DNA of 64,000 nucleotides from Clostridium sp. CAG:452 (GCA_963626675.1 CAVFXW010000001.1:8232-72231), one strand, 5' to 3'; positions 27,967 to 37,554 are shown, counted from the stretch's first letter. Translations and numbers: made by a program. Notes: generated from the sequence alone by a model not told the origin.

Positions 27967-28422
27967 ATGCATAAGAGAATTTTCAGAATAGGTGAGATGG
28001 CTTCTCTTTCGGGTTTAACGCCACGTACGATTCGTTATTATATGGAGCTTGGCTTGCTTCCTGAAGAGAGAAGTGAAGGTGGACAGAGATGTTTCACTCA
28101 AAATGATCTTGTCTATCTGAAAAGGATAAAGGAACTCAAGGCTCTCGGCTTCTCTCTTGAAGAGATAGCGAAAATAATAAGCATGAAGAAGGAAGATGAT
28201 TCGGGCTCTTTAAGGCGTACGGAGCTATTGAGACAGTACAGAAGCAAACTCAGTCAGGATAAGGCTAAAATAAATGAGCTAGAGAGCCATATCGAGGCAC
28301 TTGAATGGCATATAAAACAACTTGAGGAAGCTGAAGGCGGGGCCTTCAAAGAGTGCCCCGGCTCAAGCTGTATAACGTGTTCCTACAGGAATAAGTGCAT
28401 ATTCTTCTCTGAAGGAAGCTAA
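27967..28422 (+). CDS. MerR-family transcriptional regulator with Cys-rich C-terminal tail
   Basis: IGEMASLSGLTPRTIRYYMELGLL HTH, a coiled-coil dimerisation helix, and the tail CPGSSCITCSYRNKC. The ATG at 27967 is preferred over the ORF start at 27949. Confidence 0.85.
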   Translation: MHKRIFRIGEMASLSGLTPRTIRYYMELGLLPEERSEGGQRCFTQNDLVYLKRIKELKALGFSLEEIAKIISMKKEDDSGSLRRTELLRQYRSKLSQDKAKINELESHIEALEWHIKQLEEAEGGAFKECPGSSCITCSYRNKCIFFSEGS

Positions 28423-29687
28423 CTATTTTGCGCTTTGTAGCTTGAGATGGCGTCCATAACTGTCTTTTCCATCTCGCTTACGGCTAAATCTATATTCTTA
28501 CCATTAATTACATCCATGACATTCTTCTGGAATGAATAGTAGATGGTATATGCAGATGGAAGCCATACGTTGACCATCTTCTCATCGGAGGACATTAGAT
28601 AATCCAAGGCTACTTTATAGAGAGGATTATCCTGGAGGAAGGAGGTGTAGGCTGCGTCTGTGTATGTTTTTGTATTTACAGGGACGTATCCTGTTTTTTC
28701 GCTCCAGAGGGCCTGTACGGAAGGAGAAGTAAGATATTCAAGAACTGTTTTAACTTCCTCCGAGGATGTGAAGCTGTATAAAGCTCCTCCCGATACGATT
28801 GCGCCTCCAGTAGAAGATGAGTCTACAACAGGAACTGGGGCAGTAGCGACGACGAATGAGCCTTCACTTTGCAAAAGTATTTTTGAGAGATTGGAGGATG
28901 ACGCGAGCATGCTGAGAGTGCGGCCGCTTACAAAATCATCACTAACTCCGGTGGAAGAGGAGCTGCAGTGCCCAGTATCATAGAGAGCTTTCCATTTTTC
29001 AAGAAAGGCCTTGTATGTACCCTCTTTGCCAAAGAGAACTTCATTTGGCGGTCCCATATGTCCGTTTTCATTGTCGACCATGTATGTTCCACCATTCTGG
29101 GCACATATAAAATAGCTTAGTTCATATGTTGCGGGAACTCCCTCAAAAAGTATGAGGTTTTCCTTGAGAGATGATGAAATAGATATCATATCATCAAGGG
29201 TTTGGGGAACGGCAATACCGTACTCATCAAAGGCGGTTTTGTTGTAATAGTAGAGTAGAGCTGATGCATTGAAAGGAAGAGCGATTGTACCTTTTTCGGA
29301 TGTGTAGCTTTTTAGTGCCAGTGGTAGAATATTTGAAGAATCGAAACCGAGTTCTTCTAAAGTTACGATACGTCCCGAATTATTCATTTCAAGTGCGGCC
29401 GTTGCATCCATCATTGCGATATCGGGAAGAGTGTCTGCCACGATTGAAGCGTTGACCTTGCTTAGTACATCATTGGCTTTCCCTTGATATATTGCCTCTA
29501 CGACTATTTTCTTCTCCTTTCCGATTGTGTCGTTGAAGTCTTCGATTATCTCTTCAAATAGAGATAATGCTTCTCCCTGGCTGGAGTGCCATATGGTAAT
29601 TTTAGTGCTGTTGTCTTCTTTTCTTCCCATTGCAGATAAAATTGAAAGAGTAAAGATTAGAATGAATAATGTGGTTATTTTCTTCAC
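28419..29687 (-). CDS. ABC transporter extracellular solute-binding protein (CUT1 sugar type)
   Basis: Signal peptide, 422 aa, family-1 SBP character. First-transcribed gene upstream of two MalFG-type permease genes. Confidence 0.8.
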   Translation of the reverse strand: MKKITTLFILIFTLSILSAMGRKEDNSTKITIWHSSQGEALSLFEEIIEDFNDTIGKEKKIVVEAIYQGKANDVLSKVNASIVADTLPDIAMMDATAALEMNNSGRIVTLEELGFDSSNILPLALKSYTSEKGTIALPFNASALLYYYNKTAFDEYGIAVPQTLDDMISISSSLKENLILFEGVPATYELSYFICAQNGGTYMVDNENGHMGPPNEVLFGKEGTYKAFLEKWKALYDTGHCSSSSTGVSDDFVSGRTLSMLASSSNLSKILLQSEGSFVVATAPVPVVDSSSTGGAIVSGGALYSFTSSEEVKTVLEYLTSPSVQALWSEKTGYVPVNTKTYTDAAYTSFLQDNPLYKVALDYLMSSDEKMVNVWLPSAYTIYYSFQKNVMDVINGKNIDLAVSEMEKTVMDAISSYKAQNS

Positions 29688-29698
29688 GGGGAATCTCC

Positions 29699-30508
29699 TT
29701 ATTTTTTTATCAGGGTTTCTTCTATCTTGTTTTTTGTGAGTCCTATTATGATTATTGATGGCAGTGTAATAATTGCGATTGTTGCCATCAATGCGCCTCT
29801 CTCTCCGCTCTCAGCAAAACCGAGCATCGTCAGGGCGACTTGTATCGTCCTTGAAGATGGCTTATTTGTAACAATAAGCGGCCATAGATAGCTGTTGAAC
29901 GAAGTGATGAGAGACTGTATGAAAACTGTGAGTATCACTGGTTGTGATATCGGGACAAGAATATATACCATATATTTTATATCGCTGGCCCCATCGATTG
30001 AAGACGCCTCATAATACTCCCTGCCGAGTGCTTTGAAGTATCCCATGAGAAGAAGCATTTGAGAGCAGCTAAAGAGGGAAGGAAGAATAATCCCCAGGTG
30101 TGTATCGAGAAGATTGAGATTTGCTATCGTCACATAATTTTGATAGAGAAGAGCATCCGATGGAATAAAGATTGTTAGCACAAGAATTGAGAAAATTAAC
30201 CCTTTCCCTTTGAAATGGAGATGCGTGAATGTGAATGCCGCAAGAATGGCGCTTATTGCTCTTATTGAGGCCTCAAGAAGGCTTGTTATTATTGAGTTCA
30301 TCAAATAAACGGCGAAGTGACGTTCACTTAATGCCTTATGATAGTTTTCCCATATAGGTTTATTTGGAAAAAGTCTAAGTTCGTTGAAGTCTTTTTGCGA
30401 AAAGAGGGACGAGGAGAATATATAAAATATCGGAAAGAGGATGATTATGGAGAGGGCTATAAGAAGAATCAATCTGATGATTTTCCGTATTTTATCCTTA
30501 GTTCTCAT
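29699..30508 (-). CDS. Carbohydrate ABC transporter permease (MalG/UgpE-like)
   Basis: 6 TM helices. EAA-loop-like EASSIDGASDIKYMVYILVP. Confidence 0.85.
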   Translation of the reverse strand: MRTKDKIRKIIRLILLIALSIIILFPIFYIFSSSLFSQKDFNELRLFPNKPIWENYHKALSERHFAVYLMNSIITSLLEASIRAISAILAAFTFTHLHFKGKGLIFSILVLTIFIPSDALLYQNYVTIANLNLLDTHLGIILPSLFSCSQMLLLMGYFKALGREYYEASSIDGASDIKYMVYILVPISQPVILTVFIQSLITSFNSYLWPLIVTNKPSSRTIQVALTMLGFAESGERGALMATIAIITLPSIIIIGLTKNKIEETLIKK

Positions 30509-31346
30509 CTTTCAGCCTCCTATGGTAGAAGACCATGAAAACGGCAACCCCATAGACAATGATGGAGACCAGAGTGTTCTGTACGGCCGTGTTTCCACTT
30601 CTGAAAGCCTCTGTGTAGTAGTAGAACATAATTGTCTCCGTACTTCTGTAAGGACCGCCTTCTGTAAGTATTATCACCGGGGCCGATATTAAAAGAGCAT
30701 CCTTCACGGCTAAAAATATAGTCACAAGTAGTGTATGCCTGACCTGTGGAAGCTCTATCGAGAAGAAGAGTCTTCTCCCTCCCGCTCCATCTATTCGTGC
30801 AGCCTCAATGATGCTTTTGTCGATTGAACGAAATGAACAGAGTAGAAGAATGTAATCGAGCCCAAAGTCCAGTACCACTCCTAGAAGGACTAGAGTTATC
30901 ATGGCACCCAGAGGCGAAGTAATACCTGCAAACGACAGAGAAAGAAGATTGTTTATAACACTATCTTTTCCTCTGAAGAGCTCCTTGAAAACAAGGCTAT
31001 ATGCCGATAATGATACTGCAATGGGCATGAAGAATATGAACTCTGGGATAAAGGAGAACCTATTTTTTCGCCGTGTGAGCGAAGAGGAAAGAAGCGTGAA
31101 GAATGTATTTGCGCTCACAAAGAGTAGAGTGAACACTAATGTGTTTACAGCGCTGTTGAGAAATGCTGGGTCGGAGAAAAGCGCTCTATAGTTTTCGAGG
31201 AATGCAAAACCTGTTATTTCATTCTTTGAATTAACGATAAGAAAAGATTTTATCACCGCCGATAATGACGGATAAATATAAAAGACAAGACTGATGATAA
31301 TAGAGGGAAGTAAAAAAAGATATGCTGATCTTGTCTCTTTTCTCAT
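30498..31346 (-). CDS. Carbohydrate ABC transporter permease (MalF/UgpA-like)
   Basis: EAARIDGAGGRRLFFSIELP EAA loop. The ORF-track version (to 31418) starts at a TTG. The internal MRKETRSAYLFLLPS (ATG 31346-31344) matches the usual N-terminus of these permeases. Confidence 0.8.
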   Translation of the reverse strand: MRKETRSAYLFLLPSIIISLVFYIYPSLSAVIKSFLIVNSKNEITGFAFLENYRALFSDPAFLNSAVNTLVFTLLFVSANTFFTLLSSSLTRRKNRFSFIPEFIFFMPIAVSLSAYSLVFKELFRGKDSVINNLLSLSFAGITSPLGAMITLVLLGVVLDFGLDYILLLCSFRSIDKSIIEAARIDGAGGRRLFFSIELPQVRHTLLVTIFLAVKDALLISAPVIILTEGGPYRSTETIMFYYYTEAFRSGNTAVQNTLVSIIVYGVAVFMVFYHRRLKDEN

Positions 31347-32255
31347 AACGAGAAGGAATATAATCCAAAGAAGGAAAGTGGTCAACCGGTAAAATAGAAA
31401 TAATTTCTTGTAAAACAAACAAATAGATAACGTAATATAAGTTAACGTTAATTTTAGTTATGTAAGGTTTTTTAAAAAACAGCTTAAATTGATTTATCTC
31501 ATTTCTCTTTACATGTTGTGAAATAATTCACTGTTGAAAGAGGTGCTGGTGACACCGAAATATAATAGAAAATAGTAATGGACTGCCTAAACATGTTTGG
31601 TGGTAGAGAAGAAGAGGCTTATAAAGTATTTAAAGAGGAATTTCTGGACAAGAAAACCAAAAGGAGATCATCAGTTTTGTTTCCAATCTGATGGGTGTTG
31701 TCTTTGACTCTGTATATTACAAATGGAATAGAAGGTTTAAGAGTATGAAGAGATATGCGCCTGCGGCAAGTAAGAATAAAAACAATGAATAATCATGCTT
31801 TATGTATCATTATCATTCTGGGCATATTGGCGGGTATTATTGGTACAGTTTGAGAGTTCGCCGTAGAATCAGAGCGCGACTCTTTTCTTTTTGCCGGAAC
31901 TACCTTTCTTGAGTAAACTTTTCTATTATCTCGCTCGTTATGTCTGTTTCTTTTAAACTGTTAGCCTTGATATATTAGGCGTAACCTCTTAAATCGAAGG
32001 TAATCGGTTGCAGGTTATCATAAGGGTTAACTTTTCAGGTATTCTTCCACTTTCCTGTTTTTAGATTTCCTTGTCTGTCCAGTTATAGGTGGAAACCTTT
32101 CTTAGTCTGTATGTTTAAAGAAAAAGATGAGACGGATGATATAAAACCTCTGGATAAGAAAATGAGATAGCGTAATGACTTGTTTTATTATAGAATTATT
32201 TGTGGCACTGTTTGTGATATAGCGGTGGTATGTTGACTTCATGTCGCTTCGGCAT

Positions 32256-32293
32256 GGAGGCATATGTCCTCCAAATCTATCTAGGTAAGGAGG
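32256..32293 (+). promoter_or_regulatory. Possible SD-sequestering switch in the 5' UTR of the small toxin-like ORF
   Basis: GGAGG (32256-32260) and CCTCC (32268-32272) form a hairpin. The same CCTCC is also complementary to the SD AAGGAGG at 32287-32293. Confidence 0.3.
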
Positions 32294-32300
32294 TACTAAT

Positions 32301-32399
32301 ATGTCGGATTACGAGATAATCAATCTGGTAGTAGGTATAATTGGTATTGTGTTGACTGCAATCGTAGTCGGGATAAACATAAAAAACAACCGCCACTAG
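32301..32399 (+). CDS. 32-aa hydrophobic peptide, holin-like / type I toxin-like
   Basis: Not in the ORF track (too short). MSDYEIINLVVGIIGIVLTAIVVGINIKNNRH. Strong SD AAGGAGG 7 nt upstream. One TM helix plus a basic tail. The MSxYE start and NN-basic end resemble the Hol-Tox small toxin family as I remember it. Confidence 0.55.
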   Translation: MSDYEIINLVVGIIGIVLTAIVVGINIKNNRH

Positions 32400-32668
32400 C
32401 GAAGTATCAAGCTTTGTGGCGATTGACATTTCAAACTTAAAACTTGAAGTCAGCACGCCTTAAGCTTTTCACGGCAGTGCCTTCTTTCTATCTAAATTAT
32501 CATAATGCAGACAAGAAATGTCAATAAAATAACAGTTCTTATATTTTCTCCATACTTTCGAAGCCAGTTAACAATTCCAAGTTAAGTTAATTATCTATAC
32601 CAGCAGAAAATGCTGGATTTCTATTGCCGGTTTGGAAAAATATTTTTCTGATTTCTCACGATTTACTA

Positions 32669-32697
32669 TTTACAATATAATTCTTTTATAGTAAAAT
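32669..32697 (+). promoter_or_regulatory. Candidate transposase promoter inside IS left end
   Basis: TTTACA (32669-32674), a 17-nt spacer, then TAAAAT (32692-32697), about 20 nt before the ATG at 32718. Confidence 0.4.
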
Positions 32698-32717
32698 AAT
32701 TATTAAGGATTACATTT

Positions 32718-34592
32718 ATGGCATATATACTCAAAACTAGAACATGCAAGAATGGAGATATTACTTATACCATCTTCGACACAAACCGTATTCCAGGAAC
32801 GAAGAACAGCTACAAATCAACAAAAGTTAAGAAGTTCAGTAAGAAAGCCCTCAAGAATGAAGGGATTGAAGACTCTGATGCATATGTTAATGAATATATT
32901 GAAAGTCTAAAGAAACAGCTTAAGGAGAAGAAAGAAGAAGAAATTGCCATTTTGAATATTCCACTAAATGCGCCATTGAAAGGGCAGGAAGATAAGTTTG
33001 TCAATCTAGGCTATGCTGCATATTCCAGTATTTATCATAACCTTGAACTCGATAAGCTTATTAATATGCGTCGTCAACATACAGAAAGAGAATACAATGC
33101 CAATCAAATACTTCAGCATCTTGTTTATTCGAGGTGTCTCGATCCGTCATCCAAGATTTCCTCATGGTGGGACAGAGGTAGATTTTATGATCAGATTACT
33201 GACAGTACAGGTGAAAAGCCGAAGGATTGCCAAAAAGATAGCGTTTATTATTGCATGGATGATATTCTTTCTTGGAGAAATGACATTCTTAATCACATGA
33301 ACAAAATGATTAAGAAGAAATACGGAAGAAAGAACACAATTCTCTATTACGACGTCACCAATTATTACTTCGAACGCGATATTGAAGACGACGAAAAAGG
33401 TTTGAGAGCAAGAGGTGTTAGCAAGGAACATAGACCTGAACCTATTATTCAGATGGGGCTTTTCATGGATGAAATGCAGATTCCTATTACCTATGGACTA
33501 TATAGAGGGAACACCGCCGACAGTCTGACATTTAAGGATGCACTTGATGACAGCGTTATTGACTTTACTGACAAGAGGAAGATATTGGTTGCAGATAAAG
33601 GAATGCTCAGCTACCACAACATACTTAAGATACGTAATGATAAGAACGGCTATGTCATGAGCCAGTCCATACGTAAAAGCGATGCAGATACTGTGAAGTT
33701 CGCACTCGATGAAAGTGGCTATACCTATCAGACAGATGAAGAGACAGGCGAGATTCTCTATAAGATAAAGGAACGTACTACTCTAAGGACAGCTAAAAGC
33801 TATGGTGAAGTTGATGATAAGCAGCATACAGGTCACTACAATGAGAGGCAAATCTTCATCTGGAGTAAGAAATACGATGAAAGAGCTAAGGAAAATAGGA
33901 AAAAGGTCATTGAAGACGCAAAGGAATATGTGGGAACTAAGTCTAAGAATTACAAAGATTCCAATTACGGCAAGCTGAAATATGTAAAGAAGAAGGCTGT
34001 TAAGAATGGTGAGACAATAGATGCTGATTACAACGAAGTTGTTCTGGATGAAGAGGCTATAAAGGAAGATGAGAAATATGATGGTTACTACATCATAGTT
34101 ACCAATGTTGTAGGGCTTGAGGAGGGAGAGAAGCCTAATCCTAACTATCCGTCTGACCATGCATATTACCGTAACGACGGTTTTCTGGTATTCAATAGGA
34201 AGGTTACAAGCGAAGACATCCGTAGTATTTATGGAGGACTGGAGAAAATAGAAGAGACATTCAAGGTAACAAAGACTGGGATGATTAATCTCCGTCCGGT
34301 CTTTCACTCGCTACAAGATCGCATCAAGGCCCATTTTCTTATTTGCTTCATTGCTCTTGTCATAGAAAGACTTTTGGAGAAGAAACTGGACTGGAAATAT
34401 TCATCAAGTACGATACAGAAGAGTCTGAGGGCCTTTAATGCATTAAACATTTATAAGTCAAACATATGGCAGGTGACAGGAGAAAATGTAGTCGCACTTG
34501 AGGCTTACAGAAAACTCGGAATCGAAATACCAGGAAGAAACATACGACAGGAGAAGTTAAGGAGTATATTTTCGTCTACAAAAAAAAGTTGA
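32718..34592 (+). CDS. IS1634-family DDE transposase
   Basis: MAYILKTRTCKNGDITY start typical of IS1634-type transposases. DDE candidates are in ILYYDVTNYYFE, ILVADKGMLS and YGGLEKIEETFKVTK (YREK-like). No frameshift or internal stop. Confidence 0.85.
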   Translation: MAYILKTRTCKNGDITYTIFDTNRIPGTKNSYKSTKVKKFSKKALKNEGIEDSDAYVNEYIESLKKQLKEKKEEEIAILNIPLNAPLKGQEDKFVNLGYAAYSSIYHNLELDKLINMRRQHTEREYNANQILQHLVYSRCLDPSSKISSWWDRGRFYDQITDSTGEKPKDCQKDSVYYCMDDILSWRNDILNHMNKMIKKKYGRKNTILYYDVTNYYFERDIEDDEKGLRARGVSKEHRPEPIIQMGLFMDEMQIPITYGLYRGNTADSLTFKDALDDSVIDFTDKRKILVADKGMLSYHNILKIRNDKNGYVMSQSIRKSDADTVKFALDESGYTYQTDEETGEILYKIKERTTLRTAKSYGEVDDKQHTGHYNERQIFIWSKKYDERAKENRKKVIEDAKEYVGTKSKNYKDSNYGKLKYVKKKAVKNGETIDADYNEVVLDEEAIKEDEKYDGYYIIVTNVVGLEEGEKPNPNYPSDHAYYRNDGFLVFNRKVTSEDIRSIYGGLEKIEETFKVTKTGMINLRPVFHSLQDRIKAHFLICFIALVIERLLEKKLDWKYSSSTIQKSLRAFNALNIYKSNIWQVTGENVVALEAYRKLGIEIPGRNIRQEKLRSIFSSTKKS

Positions 34593-34644
34593 AGAATAGA
34601 TTTTTGGTCAATCAGAAAAATCTTAATTTGCTGCTTCGATAAAG

Positions 34645-34675
34645 GCTTGTAATTTAATAAGTTACAAGCTTTTTG
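34645..34675 (+). terminator. Intrinsic terminator downstream of transposase gene (inside IS right end)
   Basis: GCTTGTAA (34645-34652) pairs with TTACAAGC (34662-34669) and is followed by TTTTT. Confidence 0.6.
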
Positions 34676-35137
34676 CTTGGTTTCTGGCTTCGAAAGTCAG
34701 GATAAACTTCAATATTAAAAATATGAGTTTTTAGTTACGGCCAGTGTCAAGTTTCTCTTGTCGCATAGATTGAATCCCTATGATTATGTTGTACGAAAGA
34801 TGCGCATTGGAGAATTCATTCCGAGAGAACTGAGAAAGTATGCAGAATATCTTAACGGGAGAGATTTTGTATATGTATATATTTCACGCGCATACGACCA
34901 CAAAGAGAAGCTTCATAGACTCATTCCATCGTTTCGTCTCGCCGAATGTGTGTAGAGAATTCTGGAATAAAGCCTATAAAGGGAGTGGATGAAGATTTGA
35001 AAGAACTTCTAAACTAAAATTCAGCTTCCCTTCTTCAATGTGTGGGAGTTCTTTATTTTTTTCTTCAATGAAGTGAATATAATTGTATGCCTTATTTTTT
35101 TGTTATAAAATTCAAAAACGGGCATGGAGGAAAATAT

Positions 35138-36046
35138 ATGAAACCAACACTTGTTGTAATGGCTGCCGGTATGGGCTCTAGATATGGGGGCGTCAAGCAA
35201 ATCGATGCTGTTGGAATGCATGGAGAGACTCTTCTTGACTATGGTGTGTATGATGCTTACCACCAAGGGTATGGTAAGGTTGTATTCATCATAAGAAAAG
35301 ATATAGAGAAGGATTTTAGAGAGCGTCTTTTTGATAGGATTGCGAGAAACATGAATGCAGAGTATGTCTTTCAGAATCTAGACTCTCTTATTACTCCTGA
35401 GGAGAAAAAGCTCAGTGAGGGAAGAACTAAACCCTGGGGGACGATACACGCGGTGCTATGTGCAGAGAAGGCTGTGAAGACTCCATTTACAGTCGTCAAC
35501 GCCGATGACTATTACGGCCGCAGTGCATATATAACAATGGGAAAGTATCTATCGACACTTGAAAATGACGATACTACACATGCAATGGTAGGCTTTGTTC
35601 TTGAAAATACCATGAGTCCATCGGGCTCTGTTACAAGAGCTATCTGCGAGAGTAGGGACGGCCTACTTACATCACTCAATGAGACATTTAAGATTTTCTG
35701 GAGAGACGGGAAGGTTATTTCGGCACTTCCAGAGGGAGAAGAGGAACTTACTGGCAAGGAACTTGTGAGCATGAACTTCTTCGGTTTTACTCCTAAGGCT
35801 TTTGAGAGCTTCAATACCTATTGGGAGGAGTTTAAAGCTCAATCCATAAGGGAGATGAAAGCCGAGTGTCTGCTTCCTTCTGGGGTAAGCGAAATGATTG
35901 AAAAGGGAGAGGGTACTGTAAAGGTTCTCTCGTCAAACGACAAGTGGTTCGGAATGACATACCCAGAGGACAAAGCGTCTGTCATGGAGGCTTTAAGAAA
36001 GAAGATATCGAGCGGTTATTACCCAGATAAGCTTTGGGAGAAATAA
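35138..36046 (+). CDS. Sugar-phosphate nucleotidyltransferase-family protein
   Basis: LVVMAAGMGSRYGGVKQ (GxGxR nucleotide-binding loop) and VVNADDYYG. The ATG at 35138 is preceded by GGAGGA. Confidence 0.75.
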   Translation: MKPTLVVMAAGMGSRYGGVKQIDAVGMHGETLLDYGVYDAYHQGYGKVVFIIRKDIEKDFRERLFDRIARNMNAEYVFQNLDSLITPEEKKLSEGRTKPWGTIHAVLCAEKAVKTPFTVVNADDYYGRSAYITMGKYLSTLENDDTTHAMVGFVLENTMSPSGSVTRAICESRDGLLTSLNETFKIFWRDGKVISALPEGEEELTGKELVSMNFFGFTPKAFESFNTYWEEFKAQSIREMKAECLLPSGVSEMIEKGEGTVKVLSSNDKWFGMTYPEDKASVMEALRKKISSGYYPDKLWEK

Positions 36047-36058
36047 AGATAGAGTCAC

Positions 36059-36982
36059 CTATTTCTGGGTGACGTCTTTATTAGATGCCAGTATTTCAAG
36101 CGGGGAGTAACCCTCCCCGAGTACATGGTATGTATCCTGCACAACCATGAATGCGTCGGGATCTGTTTCTTGAACGCAGCGCGTAAGTCTTGTGAGATCC
36201 TTTTTGGGAATCGTTGTCATGAGCATATCCTTCTCTTCCTTCGAGAAAAGGCCTTTCGCATTGATTATAGTTCCACTTCTATTCAATTCCTTTAGTATGT
36301 AATTTCCTATTTCATTTATTTTGGGAGAGATGATAAATACATTCTTTGCATAGTTCGTTCCGAAAGGCACGACTACCTTGTCTATTATGAGTGATATTAT
36401 CATCGATACTATGCATGAATATAGGGCATGTTCGATACCAAAAAAGAAAGCAGATACGAAGATGATTATCCCATCTACAATAAATAGTGCATTTCCAAGA
36501 GCAATCGGAGTATAAGAAGCAATTATTTGCGCAATTATATCTGTCCCTCCCGTGTTGGAGCCCGCTCTCATCACAAGGCCCATTCCCAGTCCGTTAGTAA
36601 TACCTGTAAAGAGAGTGCATAGCCACAAAGAAGACTCTTTTGAGTAGTCTATAAGTCCGTTCGGGAGAAGTATGTTAAAAAGTGAAGTAAAGAGAGAGAG
36701 GAGAGTAGTTCCTAGGAGTGTCTTTAAACCGTATTCCTTCCCAAAAAGAAGGAGGCCGATTAAATAGATCGGAATTGAAAGACAGAGCATTATAATACCA
36801 AGGTCCCATGCTTTTCCGCTTCTTTCCAGTACTATGTGATATATGAGGGTGCCGAGTCCTGAAACCCCACCGGGGGCGAGTTTAGCCCTATTCATGAAGA
36901 TTGATATACCAAAAGCAGTCAAAGCTGTTCCGATAACTATATATGAATAGTCCTGGACAAGGTTTTTGATTCTGTTTCTCAT
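36059..36982 (-). CDS. YitT-family membrane protein (with C-terminal DUF2179-type domain)
   Basis: GTALTAFGISIFMNRAKLAPGGVSGLGTLIYH and TGGTDIIAQII motifs. Soluble C-terminal domain ending ...MVVQDTYHVLGEGY. Confidence 0.8.
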   Translation of the reverse strand: MRNRIKNLVQDYSYIVIGTALTAFGISIFMNRAKLAPGGVSGLGTLIYHIVLERSGKAWDLGIIMLCLSIPIYLIGLLLFGKEYGLKTLLGTTLLSLFTSLFNILLPNGLIDYSKESSLWLCTLFTGITNGLGMGLVMRAGSNTGGTDIIAQIIASYTPIALGNALFIVDGIIIFVSAFFFGIEHALYSCIVSMIISLIIDKVVVPFGTNYAKNVFIISPKINEIGNYILKELNRSGTIINAKGLFSKEEKDMLMTTIPKKDLTRLTRCVQETDPDAFMVVQDTYHVLGEGYSPLEILASNKDVTQK

Positions 36983-37554
36983 AACTTACTTGGAAGCTCC
37001 CTGTGATCTAATCTTAAATGGTCGAGTAGTACATCTGGATCATCACTGACAATCAATACGTTTCGGACTGCCTCGTTAACGAAACCTTCTTTTACAGCGT
37101 TATCGAGAAGGGATAGAAACGAATCAAAATAACCATCTATATTAAATAGTGCGATATTAGCTTTCGTGTAGCCAAGCTGCCTCCATGTATATATCTCACA
37201 GAGTTCTTCAAATGTTCCGATACCTCCAGGAAGGGCAATAAAACCGTCGGCCTTGTCATACATCGTCTGTTTTCTTTCGTGCATATTCTCTGTAATTATA
37301 GTTTCATTTGCGCTAGAACCGTTTGTGACAGATGGAATGTTCATCGCTTTTGGCAGTACTCCTGTAACATATCCACCACTCTCTCTTACACTATGCGCCA
37401 GAACTCCCATGAGGCCTCTATTGCCTCCTCCGTATACAAGAGATATTCCTCTTGCAGCAATTCTTGATGCAAGCTGAATCGTCTTTTCTTTATAAATAGC
37501 CTTATTGCCTAGGGTAGAACCACAGAAAACTGTAACTGTAAAATTAGTAGCCAT
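36979..37554 (-). CDS. LOG-family (TIGR00730) nucleotide phosphoribohydrolase
   Basis: VFCGS, LVYGGGNRGLMG and LPGGIGTFEEL motifs. The ATG at 37554 (MATNFTV) is preferred over the ORF start at 37590. Confidence 0.85.
   Translation of the reverse strand: MATNFTVTVFCGSTLGNKAIYKEKTIQLASRIAARGISLVYGGGNRGLMGVLAHSVRESGGYVTGVLPKAMNIPSVTNGSSANETIITENMHERKQTMYDKADGFIALPGGIGTFEELCEIYTWRQLGYTKANIALFNIDGYFDSFLSLLDNAVKEGFVNEAVRNVLIVSDDPDVLLDHLRLDHRELPSKL

Larger units (their letters stand above)
32545..34706 (+). mobile_element. IS1634-family (IS4-like) insertion sequence, apparently intact
   Basis: A perfect 14-bp inverted repeat: ACTTTCGAAGCCAG at 32554-32567 and its complement CTGGCTTCGAAAGT at 34684-34697. 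It extends outward imperfectly by about 9 bp. It brackets a single 624-aa transposase gene. I could not identify a clean target-site duplication. Confidence 0.75.

Noticed and set aside
31785-31853. 22-aa hydrophobic ORF MNNHALCIIIILGILAGIIGTV as a second toxin-like peptide
   Set aside because: There is no Shine-Dalgarno sequence, and it overlaps the end of another tiny ORF. The support is much weaker than for 32301-32399, so it is not listed as a feature.
33783-34307. 174-aa minus-strand ORF inside the IS1634 transposase gene
   Set aside because: It is antisense to an intact transposase with DDE motifs. Its composition is an Ile/Leu/Phe-rich mirror of an AT-rich coding strand. No start context.
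34758-34955. 65-aa ORF right of the IS (MSHRLNPYDYVVRKMRIGEFIPRELRKYAEYLNGRDFVYVYISRAYDHKEKLH...)
   Set aside because: It has a non-ATG start, no SD and no recognisable family. It could be real, but I cannot support it as a feature. It is mentioned under the island finding.
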